Positions 8,485 to 16,432 of a stretch of 30,153 bases of DNA are shown here, in pieces (the first letter of the stretch is position 1; each line of letters opens with the position of its first letter). A program made the position numbers and the translations under genes. A model generated the notes under the pieces. That model did no database searches. It was not told where the DNA came from and was given only the letters and a program-made list of their open reading frames with translations. The stretch lies in the sequence record OQ473815.1; one strand, written 5' to 3'.

Positions 8485-8534
8485 AGAAAACTTTATAAGG
8501 TTTAAGTACAATAGTAAGATAGAGGTGAAAAAAG
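8485..8534 (+). promoter_or_regulatory. Promoter and RBS of acrIII-1 operon
   Basis: AGAAAAC-TTTATAAG ... ATAGTAAG ... GAGGTGA RBS; looser match to the shared early promoter. Confidence 0.65.
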
Positions 8535-8882
8535 GTGTCAAACCAAAAACAAAAATTGGTTTATTTAAGTAATGCCTTCAGTCCGGGCATGCTTTCAAGC
8601 TACCCCGTGACTGTGAGGATAGAACAAGTTAGCGAAAGCGAGTTCGCTAACGTTGTGAAGAGCGAGAACGTGGTGAACGCTATAGGGCATCAGGGTACTG
8701 TTGACTTCATTAACGCCAAGTTCAACGCCAAACTGATGATGAATAGGATAACGCTGAAGCTAGGGTCAGGTGATGTGCTTTACATAATACAGTTGCTAAC
8801 GCGTTTGCCAGAGGGTAAAGTGCTAACTAGTGAAGAAGTTGCTAACATTAAGAGCGTATACCTAAAGATAACTGTAATGTGA
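8535..8882 (+). CDS. acrIII-1: AcrIII-1 viral ring nuclease (DUF1874), degrades cyclic tetra-adenylate
   Basis: YLSNAFSPGML, IGHQGT (catalytic His), NRITLKL, QLLTRLPEGKVLTSEE match the recalled SIRV1 gp29 family motifs. Confidence 0.93.
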   Translation: MSNQKQKLVYLSNAFSPGMLSSYPVTVRIEQVSESEFANVVKSENVVNAIGHQGTVDFINAKFNAKLMMNRITLKLGSGDVLYIIQLLTRLPEGKVLTSEEVANIKSVYLKITVM

Positions 8883-8888
8883 CCAAAG

Positions 8889-9071
8889 ATGACAGGTAAG
8901 GTTTCCTACATTAGGAGGTGGGAGAGTGAGGGGAGACCTTACTCTCTATCACCTAGCGAGCGCCTAGTCTATGACTTCTTAGCTTATTTGCCGGGTTACG
9001 ACGATGAAACACTGAAAGAGATAAAAGAGGAGATTGAGAAGATAATGGAGAAGAGGAAGAACAAGAAATGA
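8889..9071 (+). CDS. Small protein, 60 aa, with C-terminal basic/coiled-coil segment
   Basis: Directly follows acrIII-1; overlaps next gene (ATGA). Confidence 0.7.
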   Translation: MTGKVSYIRRWESEGRPYSLSPSERLVYDFLAYLPGYDDETLKEIKEEIEKIMEKRKNKK

Positions 9072-9442
9072 AACCTTTTTATGATTATAATCTTCTTGTT
9101 GTTCACGATAATCGCTTCGTTTTAGCTTTCGTTTTTGACACGTTTGAGGAAGCTACAACTTTCATTAGAAGTTACGTTAAGTACGACACTAATCCCTTGA
9201 TCCTAGTTGACGAAATGGGTGACGTCATTTTCCAGTTAGGTCAAGTTGGTGACGTTAAGTCTTTGATAAAGTACTTCTTCAAAGCTCACGATTACTACAT
9301 TTACGTCACTAGAAACGAGAAAGTTATCATGATGACTTTCGCTAACGATGAGGATGAAGTTAACGAGTTGAAGTCAATACTTGGCGAGTTCTTCAAAGAC
9401 GCTGAGATCAAGGTAGTAAAGGGAGTCCCGAAAACTTTTTAG
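9068..9442 (+). CDS. Hypothetical protein, 124 aa, with apparent internal duplication
   Basis: Coupled start; two beta-beta-alpha-beta halves. Confidence 0.8.
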   Translation: MKPFYDYNLLVVHDNRFVLAFVFDTFEEATTFIRSYVKYDTNPLILVDEMGDVIFQLGQVGDVKSLIKYFFKAHDYYIYVTRNEKVIMMTFANDEDEVNELKSILGEFFKDAEIKVVKGVPKTF

Positions 9443-9465
9443 CTTATGTTTTACAACATTAAGTT

Positions 9466-9978
9466 ATGAGTTCCCCAAAAGTTCCCGTTTTCCTTTCTCT
9501 CTCAAGGAAGGCGTATAAGGCTTCCGACTTTTTAGAGTTCTATAATAACCTTCTCGAAAAGAACGTCATTGATGACCCGCTTATCAATCAGATAGGGAAG
9601 ACCGCTAGCGGTACTAGACTTCTCACCGTTAAGGTAGATAACGTGAACTACAACTTAGCTAGGTTCGCTCTCCTTTATTCCGTTCTATCAAAGGAGTCAA
9701 CTAGGGTCTACCCCTTACCTAATCGCAGGTTCGTTAAACACTTCACTGTGTCTGACACTTTCCTTAACGCTATACTTTACGTTAGGGAAAAGATAGGTAA
9801 CATTGATAAGATACTTGATGAGGTACCTTACTATGACGTTAGTGACACAGGTCTTATATTAACTAGGGCAACTAACGGCTCTAATCACGTTAGGTTTCGT
9901 GGGTATGAGGTTAAGACAACAGGAGTGAGGTGGTTGCTATTAAGGGCGTATTTATATGCGAGATACGGAATCCAATAG
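9466..9978 (+). CDS. Hypothetical protein, 170 aa (possibly multi-RHH-like)
   Basis: ORF with genome-typical codon use; repeated strand-helix segments. Confidence 0.75.
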   Translation: MSSPKVPVFLSLSRKAYKASDFLEFYNNLLEKNVIDDPLINQIGKTASGTRLLTVKVDNVNYNLARFALLYSVLSKESTRVYPLPNRRFVKHFTVSDTFLNAILYVREKIGNIDKILDEVPYYDVSDTGLILTRATNGSNHVRFRGYEVKTTGVRWLLLRAYLYARYGIQ

Positions 9979-9996
9979 CTTACGTTGACGTGAAAG

Positions 9997-10371
9997 GTGA
10001 TAAAGTTGAGTACTGTGCGTCACCGTTCGTCAGTGAAATCGGAGAGGAGAAGTGGGGAACCTACCTTGTGCCTGGAACTTTCATTCGATTACGCATCCCG
10101 CTCACATCCGCTCTTCGTGGAGGCTCAAGGTTGCGTAAAGTTGTCAAGACGATTGACAAGAAAAGAGGAGAAACAAGTGATATCCTACCTGAGGGACGAA
10201 CTTGTGGACAGGATTACGGAAATGTTTGGAATAGGTGTTCTTTCGACTTTTACCGATCAGGGGGTATACTACGGCGGGGAAGAAGGGATAAGGATCATGT
10301 GGAATCACGGATACTTATCAGGGATGAGATCGTGGGAGGATACGTTGACGCTAGACGAGTTCTTAAAGTAG
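9997..10371 (+). CDS. Hypothetical protein, 124 aa, overlapping a longer open frame
   Basis: Codon use typical of the genome, whereas the overlapping frame uses CGA/CGG here; amphipathic helix EEKQVISYLRDELVDRITEMFG. Confidence 0.6.
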   Translation: MIKLSTVRHRSSVKSERRSGEPTLCLELSFDYASRSHPLFVEAQGCVKLSRRLTRKEEKQVISYLRDELVDRITEMFGIGVLSTFTDQGVYYGGEEGIRIMWNHGYLSGMRSWEDTLTLDEFLK

Positions 10372-10715
10372 ACGTTGACATACCTACATCACTCTACTCA
10401 TACAGGGAGATGTTCGAGAAACGGACTTCGATGTTAAGAAAGCTTGGTTATCAGATCGAAGACGCTAGGCTTGAGTTCTCAAGTAGTGGCGAACACGTCC
10501 ATTACGTTATAGTGCTTAAAGAACCCCTAGCTAACGCAAAGGAGGTCTATGACTTACAAGTCCTTCTAGGAGATGACCAGAAGCGGGCTACGTTCAATTA
10601 CGTGAGGTATAAGGCGATAGGTGATAACTCGCTACACTTTAACGTCCTTTTCAAAAGGAAGATGAAGATAACGAGATGGCAAAAGATAAAGTTATACTTA
10701 AGTAAAATAGTGTGA
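10332..10715 (+). CDS. Small AEP primase-like (or HUH-like) catalytic domain; start uncertain
   Basis: LKVDVD (hhhDxD), SSSGEHVHYV, LLGDD; no in-frame ATG between 9930 and the DxD motif; GTG candidates at 10299 and 10332. Confidence 0.55.
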   Translation: MGGYVDARRVLKVDVDIPTSLYSYREMFEKRTSMLRKLGYQIEDARLEFSSSGEHVHYVIVLKEPLANAKEVYDLQVLLGDDQKRATFNYVRYKAIGDNSLHFNVLFKRKMKITRWQKIKLYLSKIV

Positions 10716-10721
10716 TAAACC

Positions 10722-10874
10722 ATGATTGAGTTTTACAAAGGTAGGGCATACGAGATAACACACAATCACATGGTTTACGTCCTATACGTCCCTAGCCTAA
10801 GGGTTAAACATTACTGTGACAAGATGGAGGCGTGCGTTGAGTTAGCTAAACGACTGATTGATGAGGTGGACTGA
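10722..10874 (+). CDS. Small protein, 50 aa (not in ORF track)
   Basis: MIEFYKGRAYEITHNHMVYVLYVPSLRVKHYCDKMEACVELAKRLIDEVD; fills the gap exactly and carries the GAGGTGG RBS of the next gene. Confidence 0.7.
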   Translation: MIEFYKGRAYEITHNHMVYVLYVPSLRVKHYCDKMEACVELAKRLIDEVD

Positions 10875-10877
10875 CCA

Positions 10878-11480
10878 ATGTTGACCGAGGACGACCTGAA
10901 AAGGCTACTTGAGATAGCTAAGACGAATGAGGCTACCAAACAGGGACCAGTGATCAAAGTTGACAACTACTTCCTAGTATCATGTTACGGCGAGGAAGAG
11001 CTAGACCTATGTTGGCTAGAGTTACGTGACCTTAAGGTTGTGGTTTATAAGGACCACAACTTCGGCGTCTATCGTGGTTACTACGAACCGCTTTTCAACG
11101 TTGTGAAAAACCCTCTCCTAGTTTTCAACTACTTGAAGAGGATATACCTGTCCGCTTCAGTTAACGTGATACAGAGACAAGAGACTCTCCCACTTGATGC
11201 GATAATGGCGTCACTACGTAAGTACCAGTTAGCTGTGACTGAGAAGCCTGACGTTGACGCCCTGAAGAGACTACCTAACTGTTTTCAGGTATATGAGTAC
11301 TTTAGCAAAAACGTTGACACCGCAAACTTAGCTAGAGAGTTAGCGTTAAACGTTAACGCTGGGAGACCTGAGGTAGCGATCGCGGTCCTTAACAACATCT
11401 CCTTCACTTCCGCTTACATGCGTGTGACTGAGGACTTAGTTAAACGGATTGAACAGTGTAAAAAGGAGCTTGAAAGATAA
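10878..11480 (+). CDS. Hypothetical protein, 200 aa
   Basis: GAGGTGG RBS; typical codon use; immediately upstream of MCPs. Confidence 0.85.
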   Translation: MLTEDDLKRLLEIAKTNEATKQGPVIKVDNYFLVSCYGEEELDLCWLELRDLKVVVYKDHNFGVYRGYYEPLFNVVKNPLLVFNYLKRIYLSASVNVIQRQETLPLDAIMASLRKYQLAVTEKPDVDALKRLPNCFQVYEYFSKNVDTANLARELALNVNAGRPEVAIAVLNNISFTSAYMRVTEDLVKRIEQCKKELER

Positions 11481-11483
11481 AGT

Positions 11484-11531
11484 GTATCCAATAATTTATA
11501 AATTCACTTCTACATTTTTCACTAGAGAAGT
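11484..11531 (+). promoter_or_regulatory. MCP operon promoter
   Basis: GTATCCA (11484-11490), then TTTATAAA (11495-11502) about 30 nt before ATG. Confidence 0.7.
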
Positions 11532-12188
11532 ATGGCAGGAAGACAAAAACACGTAAAGAGTTTCCTTAGCGAGAGGTCAGAGTACTCATATAAGAGTAAG
11601 CTGACTGGTATATTCTCGACCTACGCTGGAGCTAACAACGCTGAACGCTGGGTAAACTCGATGTATGAGAACTACAAGAAGGTTTTCGCTGACATCTATC
11701 ACAAGGTACACCAAGACCCTGGAGTACAGGACGTCATAAACACGTACTTCGGGAGAGCTTCAAGGTTCTTAGCGTACCAGATCATAAACGAGACCATCTT
11801 CGCAGTGCTTTTAACTAGGAGTGAGACTGGGACGGTTGTGAGTAGGAAGTACGAAAGACAGGGAGTTGATAGGACGGTGGTGAACAAACTCATGTACGCA
11901 ACAACTCTGGCAGTGATGAACATAGTACCGAGGGTTGCGGCAGGTATAATGAAAGCTAGCGGAGGGGTAGCGTTGAGTTCAGGTAACATAGCTGGAATGT
12001 TAACGACGTACGTGATGAGCGGACCACCACTACCCGCGAGCAGTGCAGGTATAGCAGGTGAGACCCAGACTCCAACTGTGCCTGAGACTTACGCCGGTAC
12101 AACGACCTTCTCAACGTCTAACGCCGGTCTCGCTGGGTTACAAGAGATAAGGTCACTCACGTTAAAGAAACAGTTAGAGGCAGTGTGA
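11532..12188 (+). CDS. Major capsid protein 1 (SIFV-like)
   Basis: MAGRQ.H..., K.KL.GIF..Y, Y.NYKKVF..IY.K.H, QIINE.I.AV.LT match the recalled SIFV MCP sequence. Confidence 0.9.
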   Translation: MAGRQKHVKSFLSERSEYSYKSKLTGIFSTYAGANNAERWVNSMYENYKKVFADIYHKVHQDPGVQDVINTYFGRASRFLAYQIINETIFAVLLTRSETGTVVSRKYERQGVDRTVVNKLMYATTLAVMNIVPRVAAGIMKASGGVALSSGNIAGMLTTYVMSGPPLPASSAGIAGETQTPTVPETYAGTTTFSTSNAGLAGLQEIRSLTLKKQLEAV

Positions 12189-12198
12189 GGTGATGTAA

Positions 12199-12687
12199 AT
12201 GGGTAAGAGGAATAGGAGGTTAAGTAAGGCTTCAGTACCTAGGTACGCCCTATCAAGGATCTCGATAAACCTAGGTAAGGCTGGACACATAGTGTCAAGT
12301 GAAGTAGCTAAGAACAGTGACGTGATGAAGCTAGTAGTAGACACCTCAGTGAACGAGGCTGAGAACTGGTATAACAACTACGACCTATATCATAAGGTAA
12401 AGCAGATCGTCAAGGACTACATGGACGAGATACAGTTGCCAACTAGGTTCCAAGGTCTTCTAATGTCTTACGGAGAGAAGATAGTTGCTAACGTTATCGT
12501 AGACTGGAAAGGCATTGACATAACTGACCTACAGGCTCAATACGTAAGGGACATGTCAACGTATCAAAACGGCATAGCTACGCCCACAATCTCTTACGTT
12601 ACTAGAGACGGAAAAAGCAAGAGCTACCAAATACCTGAAATCTTGTCTGAAGTTACGAAAAGGATACTTAGGACCTTCAAGCAATAA
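12199..12687 (+). CDS. Major capsid protein 2 (SIFV-like)
   Basis: RNRRLS.ASV.RY.L.RIS.N.G, FQGLLMSYGEKIVAN.I.DWKG, YVTRDGK match the recalled second SIFV MCP; GAGGTGA RBS. Confidence 0.92.
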   Translation: MGKRNRRLSKASVPRYALSRISINLGKAGHIVSSEVAKNSDVMKLVVDTSVNEAENWYNNYDLYHKVKQIVKDYMDEIQLPTRFQGLLMSYGEKIVANVIVDWKGIDITDLQAQYVRDMSTYQNGIATPTISYVTRDGKSKSYQIPEILSEVTKRILRTFKQ

Positions 12688-12690
12688 ATA

Positions 12691-12724
12691 AATTTTTTTA
12701 TATCTCTTTCTTCCTCTATTTATT
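12691..12724 (+). promoter_or_regulatory. Combined oligo-T terminator and leaderless promoter
   Basis: AATTTTTTTATATCTC, identical to 15985-16000; both copies begin 34 nt before an ATG. Confidence 0.65.
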
Positions 12725-13000
12725 ATGGACCTCTTTAAGAGTTCAGGATCTAGTAGGAAGGCTTCATTCTTTCAAGGTAACGTTGAGGTACCAGTGAAGT
12801 TGTTGATAGCTAAAGGTAAGCATCACGTGGTTGGGATAGTTGAGTTCGGTGACAAGTCTTACGCTGAGGAGAGGAGGATAACTTTCCTCTCAAGGACTGA
12901 CGTAACTAAGGAGGTTGCGACTTCGTTACTCAAAAAGGTTGGACTTAACGACCAACAGATATCTGAAATTTTAAATAAAGGTATAAACGAAATATTTTAA
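12725..13000 (+). CDS. Hypothetical protein, 91 aa
   Basis: ORF between MCP2 and glycosyltransferase; TAATG coupling. Confidence 0.8.
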   Translation: MDLFKSSGSSRKASFFQGNVEVPVKLLIAKGKHHVVGIVEFGDKSYAEERRITFLSRTDVTKEVATSLLKKVGLNDQQISEILNKGINEIF

Positions 13001-13992
13001 TGATGGCTAAAGTTCTTTTAGTTAAGGACTACATAAACAGTTCTTTTGGTCTTCAAGCTACAGTGTTGGAAAAAGGGTTGAGGGAGTTAGGTTATGAGGT
13101 CTCCACAATGGATAAGATGTCCGCAAATAAGAGGAACGTACCCCCAGGTTATGATTATTACATCTTTTACACCGTCTTCGGTTCTAGACTTTTCTGGAGC
13201 GGTCTTCCCAGATACGGTAAGAACGTTGTGTTCGAGGTGAGCGACACTGACCAACTCTCAGGCTTGGCTAACTCTTTCCTAAACAGGGAACCTATAGACG
13301 TGATTGTTACGCCTAGCCGTTGGAGCAAAGCCGGCTTCACTAACGTTAGGAAGAACGTAGTGGTAATCCCACATGCGTTAGACCCTGAAATCTTCAACCA
13401 GGATTTCAAGCCCGACCCTTCAGTCTCTCACGATTTCCCGTTCCTCTTCTGTTCCGCCCCACACTCACCTGACAGGAAGGGCGTTGATATAATATCCTAC
13501 GTGATCAGAAGACTACCTTCCGTTGACTACCTGATAGAGATAATGGATAACAAGATAAAGGAAGTTGAGGGGTTGAACACTACGGGTGGCGTGTTAAGTA
13601 AGCAGACGCATTACACGCTTTTCTCACAGGCTGACATCCTACTTTATCCCGCTAGGGGAGGAGCGTTCGAGATACCTATAATCGAGTCCTTAGCCTTTCA
13701 CGCTGACGTTATAGTACCGGAACAGGGACCGTGGACAGAGTACGTTGACCCAGAGGACGCAATATTCGTGAACGTGAACGGTAGGAGAAAGTACTGGTTC
13801 ACAAACGTCTACCACGTTGGTAACTTCATAGAGCCTGACAAGGAGGACGCGTATCGTAAGACCGTACTTGCGCTATCAATACAGGACGAGGAGAGGACTA
13901 AAATGAAGATGGAGAGAGGAAAGAAGTATAGGGAGAGGTTCCATTACCTGAAGATAGCCAAGTTCTGGGACAAGTTGCTCTCTTCATTATGA
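13000..13992 (+). CDS. GT-B (GT4-like) glycosyltransferase
   Basis: TPSRWSK, VIPHALD, DRKGVD, ADILLYPARGGAFEIPIIESLA. Confidence 0.9.
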   Translation: MMAKVLLVKDYINSSFGLQATVLEKGLRELGYEVSTMDKMSANKRNVPPGYDYYIFYTVFGSRLFWSGLPRYGKNVVFEVSDTDQLSGLANSFLNREPIDVIVTPSRWSKAGFTNVRKNVVVIPHALDPEIFNQDFKPDPSVSHDFPFLFCSAPHSPDRKGVDIISYVIRRLPSVDYLIEIMDNKIKEVEGLNTTGGVLSKQTHYTLFSQADILLYPARGGAFEIPIIESLAFHADVIVPEQGPWTEYVDPEDAIFVNVNGRRKYWFTNVYHVGNFIEPDKEDAYRKTVLALSIQDEERTKMKMERGKKYRERFHYLKIAKFWDKLLSSL

Positions 13993-13996
13993 CGTG

Positions 13997-14323
13997 TCAC
14001 CTACACATCTCACTGTTTTTCAACTCACGCATGTTAGTACAGAGTATCAGGACGAGCTTATCTATCTTCTTGCTCATGTCACTCTCATTTAACGTCCTGA
14101 TCAACTGAGTTTTGAACTCGTCACTCTCCATGTACTGGTGAATCAACATCTTAACCTTATCGTTGCCCTTATTCAATAGAAAGGAGCCTATCATTTCCTC
14201 CATCTCCTTCTTTCTCTCCTCTTGGCTAATGGTCAGGAACGACCTCCTTCTTATGATCAAGTCCGCCACGTTAACGAGGACTGTAACGCCCATCAAGATC
14301 AAATAAACGTCTGTTAACGTCAT
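13997..14323 (-). CDS. Single-pass membrane protein, 108 aa; candidate egress (virus-associated pyramid) protein
   Basis: N-terminal TM (VYLILMGVTVLVNVADLII) followed by RRR and a helical soluble domain; the VAP role is inference only. Confidence 0.7.
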   Translation of the reverse strand: MTLTDVYLILMGVTVLVNVADLIIRRRSFLTISQEERKKEMEEMIGSFLLNKGNDKVKMLIHQYMESDEFKTQLIRTLNESDMSKKIDKLVLILCTNMRELKNSEMCR

Positions 14324-14368
14324 GACATGATATAAGATATATTTGTTCGATATAAGTATTTTGTATAC

Positions 14369-15160
14369 ATGATATGTTGGTCACCCTGTGTTAAGTGTAG
14401 CTATGAGGACGTGGCTAAGCTAACGTGTGATAGTGTGACTCAAGACGTATATAAAGCTGACATCTGTGTGGACGACCAGTTCATGTTCCTCAGGAGGTTC
14501 ATGTTCTCCCCACCTAAGTGTAAGGCTATACTTGACAGTATGGCGGACCCACTTAACTACGCGTTAAGCAAAAGGATACCGTTCTACACAAGCTCAGAGT
14601 GGAACTACAGGTTATGGAAAAGCAAAGGGTTTAACGTACAGGGGATAGAGAAGAGACCGATAAAGGTGTACGAGGAGTTCCTTGACGTGAAGAAGGACAT
14701 AGAGTTCATCGTTGTTGGCGCGTCAAGGTTCTTTGATAGAAAGAACCTTTACCTAGCCCATGAGGTGATGACTGAACTTGGAGTGAGGAAGAAGTCAATA
14801 ATAGTTGGTAAAATAGATCCGAGTCCAGGGTTAAGGCTAGTTCACGGACAACTCAAGCCCATACCACCCTTCAGGGTAGACTACCTACCTTTCACCCAGT
14901 CACGAAAGGAGTTACACATGCTCATGGCTAGGGCTAAGTACTACCTAGCCTTATCAGTGGTTGAAGGGGTTGGTCTACCACCGATTGAGGCTATGCAATA
15001 CGGTACGATACCGATATACGTTGACGCCCACGGGTTCCATGAGAACCTACGTGGGATACCGGTTGAACCGTCAAGGCATTACGTGAAGGTAATAAGCGAT
15101 TACCCATTCCACATTTGGGAAGTGGAAAAGCAAGATATATTAAATGCAATAAAGAAATAA
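14369..15160 (+). CDS. GT-B glycosyltransferase
   Basis: DRKNL, AKYYLALSVVEGVGLPPIEAMQYG (E-x7-E motif). Confidence 0.88.
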   Translation: MICWSPCVKCSYEDVAKLTCDSVTQDVYKADICVDDQFMFLRRFMFSPPKCKAILDSMADPLNYALSKRIPFYTSSEWNYRLWKSKGFNVQGIEKRPIKVYEEFLDVKKDIEFIVVGASRFFDRKNLYLAHEVMTELGVRKKSIIVGKIDPSPGLRLVHGQLKPIPPFRVDYLPFTQSRKELHMLMARAKYYLALSVVEGVGLPPIEAMQYGTIPIYVDAHGFHENLRGIPVEPSRHYVKVISDYPFHIWEVEKQDILNAIKK

Positions 15161-15706
15161 ATGAACAGTATGGAGAGTACGATAAACCTCAAGGGGTCTT
15201 TGGCTTACATATACAAGGTGTTGGTTGACTCGCTGATTAAGATGAAGGTACAACCGATAGCTGGAGCGATAGATGAGAACAACCTAGTTATAGGAGTTAA
15301 GTTAGCGGACATAGCTGAGATAATAACGTCAGAGATAGATAAGGGAAAGTGGAAAATGAAGCTAAATGAGGGTAAGCTCTACCTGAAAAGTAACGAGAAG
15401 GCTAACGAGGAGGAACTAAGGGAAGTGAACAAGAACGTGTTGTCAAAAATAAGGAAGCTTGGCATAGACTCAGGGGCATACATAACTGACGATAACGAGA
15501 CCGTTATCCTGATAGACGTTGAGGGTATAGTGAGACAGGTCTTACAGAACGCGTTGATGGTAACTAGGGACAAGGTGGGTAGTCACATGAGGCTAGTACG
15601 TACAAGGTTTGGGACTCTTGAGGGTTACACTTACATCCTCCTTTACAAGAAGGGAAAGGAGACGAACGGAAGCGAACTTAGGAAGATGCTTGATGAAGTG
15701 AGTTAG
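15161..15706 (+). CDS. Hypothetical protein, 181 aa, internally duplicated
   Basis: Starts immediately after the GT stop; repeated DENNLVIGVKL / DDNETVILIDV. Confidence 0.85.
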   Translation: MNSMESTINLKGSLAYIYKVLVDSLIKMKVQPIAGAIDENNLVIGVKLADIAEIITSEIDKGKWKMKLNEGKLYLKSNEKANEEELREVNKNVLSKIRKLGIDSGAYITDDNETVILIDVEGIVRQVLQNALMVTRDKVGSHMRLVRTRFGTLEGYTYILLYKKGKETNGSELRKMLDEVS

Positions 15707-15756
15707 TATCCACATCACATATAAATATCTAAAACAATATTATCTCGGTGGGATAA

Positions 15757-15972
15757 ATGTCCTACTCAGATATAAGCTCCGCCCTAACGTCAGTAGCAAC
15801 CAACTTAGTAGGTGCAATATCGTCCTTCCTTTCAGGAATAGCGAACTTCATAGCTAACAACGCCGACCTCTTCGTAGGGATTGCAGTTGCTGGACTCGTT
15901 GTGGGTCTGATAGCGAAGTTCGGAACCTCGTTGCCCTTCATCGGTCAGTTCCTGAGCTACTTAGGGCTATAA
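15757..15972 (+). CDS. Small hydrophobic protein, 71 aa; probable virion envelope protein
   Basis: Amphipathic N-helix plus TM helix; own promoter (TATAAATA 15720-15727), GGTGGG RBS, own terminator. Confidence 0.8.
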   Translation: MSYSDISSALTSVATNLVGAISSFLSGIANFIANNADLFVGIAVAGLVVGLIAKFGTSLPFIGQFLSYLGL

Positions 15973-15984
15973 AATTAGTTGAGT

Positions 15985-16018
15985 AATTTTTTTATATCTC
16001 GTTTTCCTATTTTTGTTT
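15985..16018 (+). promoter_or_regulatory. Combined oligo-T terminator and leaderless promoter
   Basis: Second copy of AATTTTTTTATATCTC, beginning 34 nt before ATG 16019. Confidence 0.65.
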
Positions 16019-16432
16019 ATGTCAGAACAAAACAGAATAGATGAACTTGAAAGACAAGTTAAAGAGTTAAAAGCTAAGATAGAGGCGCTAAAGAACGTAA
16101 CGTCTAAGCTACTTGACATGTACGATAGTCACATACAAGGGAAGTGGACGTTAGAGGAGATAAAACTAGCGTTAGAGAACATACAGGAGTTGATATCGTT
16201 ATTGAGATCATCGGGGATGTTACAAGAGGGAGGGGACAACTCAAGTATGCTCCAGAGATTGATAGCTGAGGAGTACATGAGGAGCAGAAGGGTACCACAA
16301 CAGGGAGACGTAGAGGTGGAAAGGCTCAGTAAGAAGGAAATGAAGAAGTTAAAGAAAATAATGAAGGATGAAGATGAAGAAGATGAAGAGCAAGAGCAAG
16401 AAGATCAAGACCAAGAAGATGAAGAGGAATGA
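16019..16432 (+). CDS. Coiled-coil protein with basic patch and acidic C-terminal tail
   Basis: IDELERQVKELKAKIEAL heptads; KKEMKKLKK; EDEEDEEQEQEDQDQEDEEE. Confidence 0.85.
   Translation: MSEQNRIDELERQVKELKAKIEALKNVTSKLLDMYDSHIQGKWTLEEIKLALENIQELISLLRSSGMLQEGGDNSSMLQRLIAEEYMRSRRVPQQGDVEVERLSKKEMKKLKKIMKDEDEEDEEQEQEDQDQEDEEE

Noticed and set aside
9930-10331. N-terminal half of the 261-aa ORF as real protein
   Set aside because: Start lies inside the preceding gene, codons are atypical (CGA/CGG), and it overlaps a better-looking ORF; kept only as part of the frameshift finding
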